A stretch of DNA of 64,000 bases from a virus: the IMG/VR virus record IMGVR_UViG_3300010399_000040, positions 3,427-67,426 of that record; one strand, given 5' to 3'. How positions within the stretch are numbered: the first letter of the stretch is position 1; the number at the start of each line of letters is the position of its first letter. Positions 14,626 through 23,838 of the stretch are shown one piece after another. The notes below the pieces were generated by a model, which was given only the letters and a program-made list of their open reading frames with translations, was not told where the DNA came from and did no database searches. A program made the translations under genes and the position numbers.

Positions 14626-16748
14626 TTACCAGTGGCGTCGCAGGAGAAGCCTAACTTCTCCACTATCGCTCTGAACGTCTTAATGTTCACTTGGTCCAGG
14701 TTCTGACCCATCGACCATCCCTTATATGCAGAGTAGACGTCAGCTACTTTACATTTTGCTCCTTCTGCTCGCTCCAGACGATCCGATGCGAACAGCGAGA
14801 CGCTGTCCTGAGTTCCTTTGTACTCCTCCGTCGCTCTGCTGACTTCAGGAGTGTCACCAAGCCCTTCGCGCTGCCACAGGAAGCACCCCTCGACCATCCA
14901 GCTGAGTATACCCGGAGCTTCGTTCTGCAGCTGAGCCGCTAGCGACGTGTCCTGTTTAGCGCCTTCGAAGACGCGAAGGAACGGAACGAGCTTCAACCGC
15001 GACCAGATGGCTATATCGACGCCCTTCACTTTAGGCTCGCAGTTGGTGCAGAGGATCAGCTTGTGCGACGGTTCGAAGTACCAAAAGTCTTCGTAGAGCC
15101 TGCGCGCTTTGATCTGGTCGCCACCTGTCACGCGCTTGACTAGCTCCTCGTCTAGGCGCGCACCGTCTCCTGTCTCAAGGTCAGCGACGAAACGCTTGCC
15201 GTAGAGGCTCACTAACTTCGTAGGGTGCTGCTCACCCCTAGCTACAGTGAGGAAGCCGGAGGGAGTCGTACCGCTGTAGTCCTGACCGAGCACGGTCATG
15301 ATGGCTTTGACGAATGTCGACTTGCCGTTGCGCCCGACGCCGTGGAAGATCGGAAGGACGTGCTCCTTCACGACGCCCGTGAGGCAGTAACCCATCAACT
15401 TCTGCACCCACGACACAGTCAGACGGTCGGAGAAGACTTCGTCGAGGAACTGCATCCAACGCGGCGCCTGCGCGCCTTCGACGTACTCGGTCGGGCATAG
15501 GTTGGTGACGCGGTCGGATGGGTCGTGGTCCAACAGCTCTCCGTTGCGTAGGTTCAGCTTACCGTTCGCGCAGTTCAACGTCCACGGGTCTTTGTCGAAG
15601 GCTCTGTAATCGACTGAGAGAGTCGGTTCGGATTCAGCTAACGTACGCGCTCCGCGTATGCTCCGCTCATCCTCGTGGCGTCGGATGGCTTGCATGAAAG
15701 CCAGCTTCGACTTACGTCGTCTCTGCACATCCTCGTCGTCGCTCTTGGCTAGCTTGCTCATAGACTCGCACGCCTTCGCCATCCGGTGCTCAAGGACTTC
15801 CTTCTGAAGCTCCACTACGTACTTCTCTGCTTCTTCGCGAGTCCAGTGAGTGCCCGTCCAGCGGAGCCATCCCCACACCGCTGAGTGGAGTATGCGACCC
15901 TCCCCCATGCGAGCGAGGATGCGAGCGTTCCCGAGCTCAGTCAGCGGTTCGTGACGGTTGAGCGGTCGGTACCCGTACGGCTCAGCCCAGTAGAGTATAG
16001 TCCGGGTCGTGAGGCCTCCGTCAACGAACGTATTCCAGCGCTTCTTGCACTCCCCAGGAACGTACTTCTCTACGCACGTCGCGCTCCACTTGTCCCAAAG
16101 CTCCAACATGGAAGTGTCACCCGAAGCGTTGTGGAGCGCCATCCCGACGCCTATCCACTTATCGTATTCGTACGCTGGGAGGAAGCCAAGAGCTTCTGTG
16201 ACTTGTTGAACGTCAGGTAGCTTGAGAGTCGGGCGAAGCTCCTTCTCCAGTTGCTTTATCATCAACCCGCTGTAGTAGTCGAGCAACCACACAGGGAGCT
16301 GAGCTGGAGGAGATTCGTTGATCCAGGAATAACCCGGAGAAGGAGGCAGAACTGTGTACGCACCCGTCGACTGCAAGCGGAGCTCGTTGTGCTCCCCCTC
16401 GCCCGTCCACAGTGTGGAGGTAGTCACGCCGTCGCACCATTTGAGGAGCCAACCACGCCCACCTGACTGAGTGGCGAACTCGGACGTGTCTGGGCATCCG
16501 CCGAGCTTCTGGAACTGCTCCAGCCCACCAGGTCCGTCCACGTCGATGCGGACTACACCCGAGACTCCACCTAGAGCTAAGCCGATGAAGGCGTCCGGCC
16601 AGTCCGACCACCACTGTTTGACCTGAGCTTCGTCTGCTCTCTCCGTCTGGTACTTCTTCCATGGGACGTGGGGCCTTCTCTTGTCGTGGAGCGGGAATAC
16701 GCTCCATCCGCGCTGACAGTAAACCAGCGCCGCTTCCTTGAGCGACAT
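14601..16748 (-). CDS. Prim-Pol/PriCT-2/D5-type SF3 primase-helicase
   Basis: GWSVFPL, IDVD, YDKWIGVGMAL, NCANG, GVGRNGKST Walker A. Confidence 0.92.
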   Translation of the reverse strand: MSLKEAALVYCQRGWSVFPLHDKRRPHVPWKKYQTERADEAQVKQWWSDWPDAFIGLALGGVSGVVRIDVDGPGGLEQFQKLGGCPDTSEFATQSGGRGWLLKWCDGVTTSTLWTGEGEHNELRLQSTGAYTVLPPSPGYSWINESPPAQLPVWLLDYYSGLMIKQLEKELRPTLKLPDVQQVTEALGFLPAYEYDKWIGVGMALHNASGDTSMLELWDKWSATCVEKYVPGECKKRWNTFVDGGLTTRTILYWAEPYGYRPLNRHEPLTELGNARILARMGEGRILHSAVWGWLRWTGTHWTREEAEKYVVELQKEVLEHRMAKACESMSKLAKSDDEDVQRRRKSKLAFMQAIRRHEDERSIRGARTLAESEPTLSVDYRAFDKDPWTLNCANGKLNLRNGELLDHDPSDRVTNLCPTEYVEGAQAPRWMQFLDEVFSDRLTVSWVQKLMGYCLTGVVKEHVLPIFHGVGRNGKSTFVKAIMTVLGQDYSGTTPSGFLTVARGEQHPTKLVSLYGKRFVADLETGDGARLDEELVKRVTGGDQIKARRLYEDFWYFEPSHKLILCTNCEPKVKGVDIAIWSRLKLVPFLRVFEGAKQDTSLAAQLQNEAPGILSWMVEGCFLWQREGLGDTPEVSRATEEYKGTQDSVSLFASDRLERAEGAKCKVADVYSAYKGWSMGQNLDQVNIKTFRAIVEKLGFSCDATGKWYTGMKL

Positions 16749-16765
16749 GCATCTACACCCTGTTG

Positions 16766-16837
16766 TAGTGGAGCGGACGGGAGTCGAACCCGTTTTTCTT
16801 CAGCCTACTGGACTGAATAATACGACCGGTACACCCC
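16766..16837 (-). ncRNA. tRNA-Ala/tmRNA-like element lacking D stem and canonical anticodon arm
   Basis: GGGGUG.../CGCUCC-A acceptor with G3:U70, T arm ACGGG-UUCGACU-CCCGU, central 7-bp hairpin. Confidence 0.5.
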
Positions 16838-16939
16838 AAGTGGAGCGGTTCCCACGCTCCTTCCGGTTTTAGCCCCGGATGGCGTTCCTTCGCGCCGATT
16901 GCCTTGCTTAGAGGTTAGGTGCGAAGGATCGGCGGGAAG

Positions 16940-17230
16940 TCACGGAGCCGGCGGAGTCGCGTCGGCTTCAGCTTGGCTGAAGTCTGCGTCGAGCTTCGTC
17001 ACGGCGTCGACGACGGCTTGCGGAACGGCGGGAGTGGCACCGATGAGAGCTTTGATGGCCTTGATGTTGGCGTCGAGAGCCTGGAAGCGAGCGTCGTACG
17101 ACTGCAGCTTCGCAGTGAGTTCGTCGATAGTCATGAACGTAGCATCTCCGAAGAAGTAAGAAACTGACAGGGTGACGATAGCGACCAACAAGGTCGCGAT
17201 CGAGGTAGCTAAGATGGCTGTGAGCATCAT
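16940..17230 (-). CDS. membrane-anchored coiled-coil protein
   Basis: N-terminal hydrophobic helix; TGATG coupling. Confidence 0.55.
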   Translation of the reverse strand: MMLTAILATSIATLLVAIVTLSVSYFFGDATFMTIDELTAKLQSYDARFQALDANIKAIKALIGATPAVPQAVVDAVTKLDADFSQAEADATPPAP

Positions 17231-17994
17231 CAGGAGGCTTTCATGAGTGCGTCGAGCTTGGCTGCGCGGAAAGCGAAACGCTCCGCACACTTGTTCATCA
17301 GAGCAACGCTCTCGGGGTCCTGGTTGAAGGTTGCGATGAGCTTCCACTCATCCGGACCGGTCGGGAAGACGTCGGCGCGGGTCGGGCGGTACGGATATCC
17401 ACCTCCCTTCGGCGGACGCGGTGGAAGGACTTCGTACTTGGCGTAGAAGCGCCAGAACGGCTGCTGGAGTTGGAGCGTCTGCTTGTACAGCTCACCCTTG
17501 GACGCCCACTCGTTCGTCGACGCCAGATGCAGAGCGTCGTTGATCGTGACCATCCCGGAGCACTTCGCTTTGCGACACTCGATGGTCGCTGGAACGATGC
17601 GGTCGGAGAGGTACACGAGGATCGCAGCATCAATCACTTCAGCGAATGGGGAGGGCATCTCCACGGCCGAGACTTCAGCAGGTTCGAACACGCCGTTCTT
17701 CTCGACAGTGCGCACCCACCTCTGCTGAAGCTTGAGGATGGTGCACTTCATCACAGGGAGCGGTGTGACCGTCTTCGCTTCCATGAGGAACATGTCGTGG
17801 TCGTCGGGCGCACGTCCGATCGCTTGGACGATGCGTCTGTACTCGTCAGCGCGCTTCGCGTGAGCGAAGCACACGTACGTGCCCCAGTCCTTCGCCTTGA
17901 TGTCCTCAGCGGGCCCGCCGAAGATGGCAGGCAGCTTCGTCTCCGAGTGCTGCAGAGCACCAGATTGGGCTGCGAGGGACGTTTGCTTAGCCAT
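17230..17994 (-). CDS. hypothetical replication-region protein
   Basis: ATG after GGAG (MAKQTSL...); lies between nuclease and primase. Confidence 0.55.
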   Translation of the reverse strand: MAKQTSLAAQSGALQHSETKLPAIFGGPAEDIKAKDWGTYVCFAHAKRADEYRRIVQAIGRAPDDHDMFLMEAKTVTPLPVMKCTILKLQQRWVRTVEKNGVFEPAEVSAVEMPSPFAEVIDAAILVYLSDRIVPATIECRKAKCSGMVTINDALHLASTNEWASKGELYKQTLQLQQPFWRFYAKYEVLPPRPPKGGGYPYRPTRADVFPTGPDEWKLIATFNQDPESVALMNKCAERFAFRAAKLDALMKAS

Positions 17995-18011
17995 GCGACT
18001 AGTCTCCAGTG

Positions 18012-18848
18012 TCAAGTGACGGAAAGTTCCACTGCGGGTGCGGTGGTTCGAAGCTCCTGCTTGAGCTGCATGAGTTTGGGGAAGCAGATGTCGGGGTGAC
18101 CTTGGTGACAATACTTGCACCCGTTCGGATCGGGGAAGTGGTGGATCGCACCACGTCGTACGTCTGCGACTGCTCGGCGCAGCGGCCACACTAACTCGTC
18201 TATCCACGCTGCCTTGTAGTTGAACAGGTAGAACACCGGTGCGGAGCTGGGATCGACCCCTGGCTTGTAGTTGCGCGGCATGATGAGGCCACCTGGTTCG
18301 ACGAGTTTGCCGAGCTTGATGCTCGCGCCTACACAGTAGAGCCCCATCTGGTACCAAGACTCCGACATGACTTCGACGGGAGACCGTTTGGACGTCTTTA
18401 TGTCGTAGCACTTGTAGCGGTAGCCGTCGAAGCGGACTTGGTCGGTGGTAGCTACTACCTCGATTCGCTCTCCCGTCGGATCGTCTGGCGCGGCCTCGAT
18501 GGAGAAGGCGAGGGGCTCTTCGCAGAGGACGAGGTTGGCGTCTCTGTTGCGAGAGTCGCAGGAATATCCGAGAAACATCTGCGCCGCTTCGGCTAGGACA
18601 GCGAGAGGGTACTTGCGCACCTGCTCCCTCATGCCCACGATAGCCTCAGCGACGCTCGCTCCTTTGTGGAATAGTTCCGCTGCTTTGTGCATCGCCGACC
18701 CAGTGTCGGCCGCCTGCCCACTGCTGTCGTCCTCCGGCACGAGTCCGAGGTAGGGCATCACGATGCGCCACGGACACATGATGAGGACGCGGGCTCCGGA
18801 AGGGTGCACCGGCCACTCCTTCGTCCCGAACTTACGTAGATCGCGCAT
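18012..18848 (-). CDS. Cas4-like PD-(D/E)XK exonuclease
   Basis: CP...GSAMH...D...DIKT...QMGLY...CKYC....C Fe-S Cys pattern. Confidence 0.8.
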   Translation of the reverse strand: MRDLRKFGTKEWPVHPSGARVLIMCPWRIVMPYLGLVPEDDSSGQAADTGSAMHKAAELFHKGASVAEAIVGMREQVRKYPLAVLAEAAQMFLGYSCDSRNRDANLVLCEEPLAFSIEAAPDDPTGERIEVVATTDQVRFDGYRYKCYDIKTSKRSPVEVMSESWYQMGLYCVGASIKLGKLVEPGGLIMPRNYKPGVDPSSAPVFYLFNYKAAWIDELVWPLRRAVADVRRGAIHHFPDPNGCKYCHQGHPDICFPKLMQLKQELRTTAPAVELSVT

Positions 18849-19111
18849 CCTACCTCCATGTTCGTGAAGTCTTTATATGAGAGAGTTATCTCTACGTGAT
18901 ATCCTCCGGAACGACCTCGACGCGTCACCGGACCTTGCGCCGCATGCTGTGCACGGAACGCCCGCGCTTTAGCTTTGAAGTACTTCGTGGACGGACCTGC
19001 ACAGTAGTATGGTATCGAGTCGATCCAGAACTGTAAGTCAGTCTCGCGAGGGTAGAAACGTAGCTTATCGAGCTCCGCTCGCACTCCGTCCGCGAACTCC
19101 TTACGAGTCAT
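18758..19111 (-). CDS. hypothetical protein
   Basis: ORF coupled to upstream stop; 3' end overlaps the nuclease. Confidence 0.4.
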   Translation of the reverse strand: MTRKEFADGVRAELDKLRFYPRETDLQFWIDSIPYYCAGPSTKYFKAKARAFRAQHAAQGPVTRRGRSGGYHVEITLSYKDFTNMEVGCAIYVSSGRRSGRCTLPEPASSSCVRGAS

Positions 19112-19314
19112 TGTATCACCAAGGGTGTGGAGACAGCACGTTCAGCGACGCGTAACTTCGTGAGCACGCGGAAGATTCTCGCCATGTCGCATCCGCGGAG
19201 CGCGGCTGCCTTGATGATGCTGGCCACGACCTCCTCAAGAGGTACGTCCCTCGGGAATTGAACGTCGATTGATCCATCGTCACGTACCAGAGCAAGTAGA
19301 GCTAATTCATCCAT
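19108..19314 (-). CDS. hypothetical protein
   Basis: coupled ORF. Confidence 0.5.
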   Translation of the reverse strand: MDELALLALVRDDGSIDVQFPRDVPLEEVVASIIKAAALRGCDMARIFRVLTKLRVAERAVSTPLVIQ

Positions 19315-20801
19315 CAGTCAGGCCAGCCGCCTACGTTAGAGAGGACGGGCAAGATGGTGAAGTTCTTCTTAGTCACAGGTTGATTGGGGTCGATGCCGTA
19401 CCGACGGGCGCCAGTCGGCTTCGTCCACCATGCGCTCTGCTTGGGCGATACTTCCTTCGGAGGAACGCTAGCGAACCCAGAGAGTCCATCAGGAGCGGGG
19501 CATAGCAACCACGTTCCCCAATCGCGCGTGCGGTCCTCGTTCACCTTGCTGATCTTGGTAGCCCACAGCGGCTCCGCTCGCATCGGGTGGACGATGCACG
19601 CGTACTCGTGCACGATCATGTCGCGCAGGACTGACATGGTGTACACGTCGACGGTAGCACCGTCGAGCATCTTCACAGACGTAGGCTTGAAGCGACCCAC
19701 CGCCTCCATGCCGAGCACTCGGACGTTGCGCCGAGTCGTCGGCGGGAGCATCGCTTCGGCTTCGACGATCGACGACACAGGGACCATTCCATCCAACGCG
19801 TAACAGTGACGCAGGAGGTTGCGATTGGTGCACCAATACTCGGGTGGTGCGTCGTCGGCGGGGCGGGTGATGCGACCGAGCTGCTGCACCCACTTCACAG
19901 GGGACATAGTGGGGGACAGGTCGACCAGCCTACGGAAGGGTTCGTCGACACCTTCGCTGACGATGTTGATGTGGAGCAGAGCGAATATGCGCTCACGGCA
20001 AGCCTGAAATATCTGCCTGCGAGTCGCGGTGGGCGTCTCGGCGGATATGATGGCCGTCGGTACGCTGAGCCGCGCGAGCTCCTGCTGGAGACGGAGGCTG
20101 GTCGTCGAGGATGGACACGAAAAAACAGTTGAGCGATCCCACCTGTCGCCGTCGTACCACCGTTTCGCGTGCTGCGCGAGATCGCCGAGGCGGTCCACAG
20201 TGACGCTGTCGATGGACTTGACGTCGAAGTCTCCACCGGACGTGACTGACACTACGTCGTCATCGACTAACGGGAGCTGCGCGAACGTCGGCAGCCTGAT
20301 GAACTTCTCAGCGACAGCTTCCTTGAACGTGATGAGCCAAAGGGGCTCTCCCCACATCTCAAGCCACTCGCGCGTGCCCTTCGGTGAGCCACGGTACGGA
20401 GTCGCCGTGTAAGCGACTGACGGCGCGAGACCAGTCAGGAGGTCGAGCTGCTGCCACGTCTCCGCGTTGTGGTGGTGAGCTTCGTCGAAGATGAGCTTGC
20501 CCGGACGCACATGACCCTGCATGAGCATGTTACGCAGCTTCACAGGGGTGCAGATGCGGTGCGGGATCGGATCGCAGCACGGATCGACGCCCAACTTGTC
20601 GAGGAGGCCGTAGATTATCTCCTCCCGCGGCGTGACTATCCACAGGTCCGGAAAAGCTTCGCGCACGAGAAGCTCCACGACGCTCTTGCCTACTCCGGTA
20701 GGAGCGGCGTAAGCTTGCTTCCGTCCGGGCGCAGCTTCGCTGAGGAACGCTATCGCGTGCTCGGCTGCTACCTTCTGGAAAGGGCGCGGTGCGAACTTCA
20801 C
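19314..20801 (-). CDS. superfamily 2 (DEAH) helicase
   Basis: APTGVGKS, DEAHH, TATP, EGVD, QQLGRITR. Confidence 0.9.
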   Translation of the reverse strand: MKFAPRPFQKVAAEHAIAFLSEAAPGRKQAYAAPTGVGKSVVELLVREAFPDLWIVTPREEIIYGLLDKLGVDPCCDPIPHRICTPVKLRNMLMQGHVRPGKLIFDEAHHHNAETWQQLDLLTGLAPSVAYTATPYRGSPKGTREWLEMWGEPLWLITFKEAVAEKFIRLPTFAQLPLVDDDVVSVTSGGDFDVKSIDSVTVDRLGDLAQHAKRWYDGDRWDRSTVFSCPSSTTSLRLQQELARLSVPTAIISAETPTATRRQIFQACRERIFALLHINIVSEGVDEPFRRLVDLSPTMSPVKWVQQLGRITRPADDAPPEYWCTNRNLLRHCYALDGMVPVSSIVEAEAMLPPTTRRNVRVLGMEAVGRFKPTSVKMLDGATVDVYTMSVLRDMIVHEYACIVHPMRAEPLWATKISKVNEDRTRDWGTWLLCPAPDGLSGFASVPPKEVSPKQSAWWTKPTGARRYGIDPNQPVTKKNFTILPVLSNVGGWPD

Positions 20802-20929
20802 TGCAACCTCGATGCGTCAGGAAAGACTACGTGTATAGCGCCGGAGCGGTACACGTAGCGGATGAGCCCTACCTTGTGCCATTTGTCAAGGAGGGCTAAG
20901 CTGTACGTGGGGCGAGAGAGCACGTACGT

Positions 20930-21293
20930 GAGCGACAGTATACGCATGGTAGGTACATTGGGTTTCTAGATAGAGGAGCGAGTTTCGCCGGTTTTCACGA
21001 TAGCGATGCGGTACCCAGAATCGCCAACACCGCACTGCAGCAACAGGCCGTTTTCGTGCATGATAACTAACTTAACGTAACACGAGTCTCCGACACCGAT
21101 GCAAGCGAGCACCTTTCCACGCCATGGTGCACCCTTGTCTATGTAGCGAACAGGCTCTTCCATAGTCCCTTTGTACTCAGTATCGCGAACCCGTTCCTGA
21201 ACGAGCACTTCCGCTCCGATGAGGATAGAACTGACGTTACTCATCTTAGCTCCTTCAGCATTTACCAGCGAGCGACAGTATACGCATGGTAGG
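20930..21293. repeat. 24-bp exact direct repeat pair (20930-20953, 21270-21293)
   Basis: GAGCGACAGTATACGCATGGTAGG occurs twice, flanking one small gene. Confidence 0.9.
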
Positions 21294-21313
21294 CTGTATA
21301 TGGAGACGTCCAT
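20966..21313 (-). CDS. hypothetical protein (probable start near 21244)
   Basis: AAGGAG precedes MSNVSS; lies between the direct repeats. Confidence 0.5.
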   Translation of the reverse strand: MDVSIYSLPCVYCRSLVNAEGAKMSNVSSILIGAEVLVQERVRDTEYKGTMEEPVRYIDKGAPWRGKVLACIGVGDSCYVKLVIMHENGLLLQCGVGDSGYRIAIVKTGETRSSI

Positions 21314-21314
21314 T

Positions 21315-21593
21315 CTACGTCTTCTCGGGTGTCAGCAGGACTTGCATGGTCATCCACACGTCGCGGATGCCGCGTAAGCACGCCTCGTAGTCGGGGTCCA
21401 CGTGGCTACACACGATGTTCCGCGACGCAAAGCCGCTCGGAAACGTGTGGATCGCAGCGTAGTAAGCGAAGGAGCCATCTTTCCTCTTGATATGGGAGAG
21501 GATGAGGCTCGGTGCCAGCGGGTGCTCAGCGTAAGCTTTGCTGAGCATCTGGAGGAACTCGGGGACGTTCATTTGCGTTGCTCCTAGTGCCAA
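21315..21593 (-). CDS. hypothetical protein
   Basis: ORF with AGGAG before MNVPEF. Confidence 0.5.
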   Translation of the reverse strand: MALGATQMNVPEFLQMLSKAYAEHPLAPSLILSHIKRKDGSFAYYAAIHTFPSGFASRNIVCSHVDPDYEACLRGIRDVWMTMQVLLTPEKT

Positions 21594-21648
21594 AACAGTG
21601 CGATACGTGTGTCGTCTCCGAGCTCTGCGAGGTACGCGACGCCCATAA

Positions 21649-21918
21649 TTAGCCCCTTTGTTTGCGTAGCATACGTTTTAGGTGCCTGTGTATCTGCTCC
21701 AGCGTGGCTTGGGCGGGATCGTGAGGCGGCCACACTTCAGCCTTGACACAGGGGGACAAGGCTGATTTGGGTACGGGCACGTACTTTCCGCGGCCGAAGA
21801 TCGTGCGTCCAGTCTCGGTGTCTACGTAGTCCCACTCCACTATTGCGACCGTCTCAGTCTCCGAGACGACGTCGCCGTGGGCGGTACCAGTCACGTCAGC
21901 CCACGTTACGCGCGACAT
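21649..21918 (-). CDS. hypothetical protein
   Basis: coupled ORF. Confidence 0.45.
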   Translation of the reverse strand: MSRVTWADVTGTAHGDVVSETETVAIVEWDYVDTETGRTIFGRGKYVPVPKSALSPCVKAEVWPPHDPAQATLEQIHRHLKRMLRKQRG

Positions 21919-22090
21919 TGTCTTTGGCCTCGGTTACTTCGCGACGGTCGATGATCACGTCCGCGGGAGCGTCGAAACAGAGGCGAATCTTGTTGCGGTC
22001 GAGGTCCGATACAGTGATGGAGAACTGGACGTCGCCGACCTTCACGTCGACGATCTCGCCCTCTCTGCGAGTGAGCACTAGCTTGGGCAC
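21896..22090 (-). CDS. csrA: carbon storage regulator CsrA homolog
   Basis: LVLTRREGE...ITV...KIRLCFDAPADVIIDRRE. Confidence 0.85.
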   Translation of the reverse strand: MPKLVLTRREGEIVDVKVGDVQFSITVSDLDRNKIRLCFDAPADVIIDRREVTEAKDNVARNVG

Positions 22091-22608
22091 GGCTTCTCCT
22101 TGATGGCTAGAAACAGGAAGTACTTGTCAGTGCGTAAATCCACTTGGAACTTCCGGCGTAAAGCAAGACCTAAGTCACGCTTAGTCACCCACTTACAGTA
22201 GTAGTGTCCAGCGAACCATTCGTCCCACGCTTCAAACACTCGCTTCTTCAGCACGTGAGTCGTCGCGGCGTAGAGGCGCGCTTCTACAAACTCGCCCAGA
22301 AAACGTTTGACGATCTTCATTCGGTATTGAGTCAACGTGCGGATAGCGATGTAGCTGCCGACGTTTGCGAGATTCTGCAATTCCTCCACGCTCGGGAGCT
22401 TCGGATAAGGACTCTTCTGAGGCGGTGGAGGGGCAGGTGGACACAATAATTCTCTCGTTGTAAGCGATAGACCTACAGCACGTAGCATCTGTCCGTGTTT
22501 GGGGCATGTGTACGTTATCTCGGTGTCGGTAGCTGAGTGTACCTTGACTTCGCGGAGGCATCTCAACTGCGCACCGAGTTCGATCGGACATCGGGGAGGC
22601 ATCTTCAT
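22078..22608 (-). CDS. hypothetical protein, possible C-terminal winged helix
   Basis: VFEAWDEW...KRDLGLALRRK resembles primase C-terminal wHTH. Confidence 0.4.
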   Translation of the reverse strand: MKMPPRCPIELGAQLRCLREVKVHSATDTEITYTCPKHGQMLRAVGLSLTTRELLCPPAPPPPQKSPYPKLPSVEELQNLANVGSYIAIRTLTQYRMKIVKRFLGEFVEARLYAATTHVLKKRVFEAWDEWFAGHYYCKWVTKRDLGLALRRKFQVDLRTDKYFLFLAIKEKPCPS

Positions 22609-22767
22609 CGGAACTCTATATGCTGAAGTTTTATGAGCGTATCATTGATTTCCTGAGTCTGACACTTTCTTGCCATTGCAGGTTTCAAATTATAGGCATA
22701 TCTCTAAGAGGTATGCATACATTTTAGTTTTCAACCCTGGAAAAAGATTTAAACTCAAGAAAATACC

Positions 22768-23049
22768 TCATGTGAATAGAATGGCAGTCAATCGAAACGT
22801 TTTGATCGCTTCTGCTTCGCCGAACCAACTGAACAGTTTGTCGTCGTCGAGCCACATCTTCCACCTGTTGAGTACGTCCGCGAGCGAGTGTCGACCTCTG
22901 AGCAAATCGTTGTTGTCGCAGACAAATGCGAGCACAAACTTGCTGAGATCGTTGTCGAGTTTCTTCTGGAAGGCGTCGCCTGCTTTCATCTTAGGCATTA
23001 AGTCGTAGTAAGCGTCGTAGCACAGCTTGAACTTCTCTTTGTCGCGCAC
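22768..23049 (-). CDS. hypothetical protein
   Basis: ORF after GGAG. Confidence 0.45.
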   Translation of the reverse strand: MRDKEKFKLCYDAYYDLMPKMKAGDAFQKKLDNDLSKFVLAFVCDNNDLLRGRHSLADVLNRWKMWLDDDKLFSWFGEAEAIKTFRLTAILFT

Positions 23050-23050
23050 G

Positions 23051-23569
23051 TCATTTCTCCATAGCGAGTGAGAGGGCGTAACCGACGAAATCTTCGGTAG
23101 GGAAAGCTCTGACGAACCTGGACAGCGCTTCCTTGACGCGTCTCTTAGCTCCTGCGACAGTGATGCAGTAGCGTTTCGCTACTACGTCCCAGGCCCAGCC
23201 GTCGATGTACTTTTCGCACAGTATCTGCCAATCGGCGGGTGAGCACTCGAAGTCCGACGGTTCCGGATCGTAGGTGCACACCACCGACTCCCACCACCCG
23301 TCAGTGCGTTCGTTGCTCCTCTTCTTAGTGCAGTGGAGCTTCCGCCACTCGCCCTGGATGCCCTGAGTGACGTGCATCGCGATCCAACCTTCCTCCGTGT
23401 AGTTGCCCCACTTCAGCGTGGGCTCTCGGTAGGAGGAGTAGGCTCTCCAGGCGGCTTCGTTTGCGATAGACTCCGCTTCCGGGTCGTCCCACAAGCGTTT
23501 CGCGACTTTGCTCGCGAACGCAATGTACTCTTCGAGCGTCTTTCTGGTTCCGTGGGCAGGCGCGTCCAT
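23051..23569 (-). CDS. ECF/sigma70-like transcription factor
   Basis: region 2-like AESIANEAAWRAY; region 4-like DGWAWDVVAKRYCITVAGAKRRVKEAL. Confidence 0.55.
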   Translation of the reverse strand: MDAPAHGTRKTLEEYIAFASKVAKRLWDDPEAESIANEAAWRAYSSYREPTLKWGNYTEEGWIAMHVTQGIQGEWRKLHCTKKRSNERTDGWWESVVCTYDPEPSDFECSPADWQILCEKYIDGWAWDVVAKRYCITVAGAKRRVKEALSRFVRAFPTEDFVGYALSLAMEK

Positions 23570-23832
23570 TCCTTCTCCGTATTGCGCAGGTAAGTGAGCA
23601 TGAGCCTAAGGACAGTCTTAGCGCCCATCACTCGGTACTTGACACCGTGCTCCAACCACGATATGTAGCACTGGTTCGTGTCGCACAGCTCAGCTACTTC
23701 GTCCTGGCTACGCGATCCTCGCATCTCCATCAGCACTTCAGGATGCTCCCTGACGTACGTTTCGAGAGTAGCTAGCGCGTCCTCCTGCTTGAGCTGTCGA
23801 TCCAGAGCTTCTACGTAGTCGACGATAGTCAT
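23413..23832 (-). CDS. XRE-family HTH regulator
   Basis: SQDEVAELCDTNQCYISWLEHG. Confidence 0.75.
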   Translation of the reverse strand: MTIVDYVEALDRQLKQEDALATLETYVREHPEVLMEMRGSRSQDEVAELCDTNQCYISWLEHGVKYRVMGAKTVLRLMLTYLRNTEKEWTRLPTEPERRSKSTLRSRAKSRNACGTTRKRSLSQTKPPGEPTPPTESPR

Positions 23833-23838
23833 AGGCTC

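Noticed and set aside
16766-16837. Canonical tRNA gene
   Set aside because: No D stem, a 7-bp stem with 5-nt loop instead of an anticodon arm, and a 7:66 mismatch; kept only as a tRNA-like element
16880-16938. HDV-like (theta) ribozyme beside the tRNA-like element
   Set aside because: No P1.1 GG or J4/2 catalytic C between the P1 and P2 3' strands, and it lies 5' rather than 3' of the element
18012-18848. CRISPR-Cas system suggested by the Cas4-like gene
   Set aside because: No array or other cas genes; stand-alone Cas4-like nucleases are common in phage replication modules
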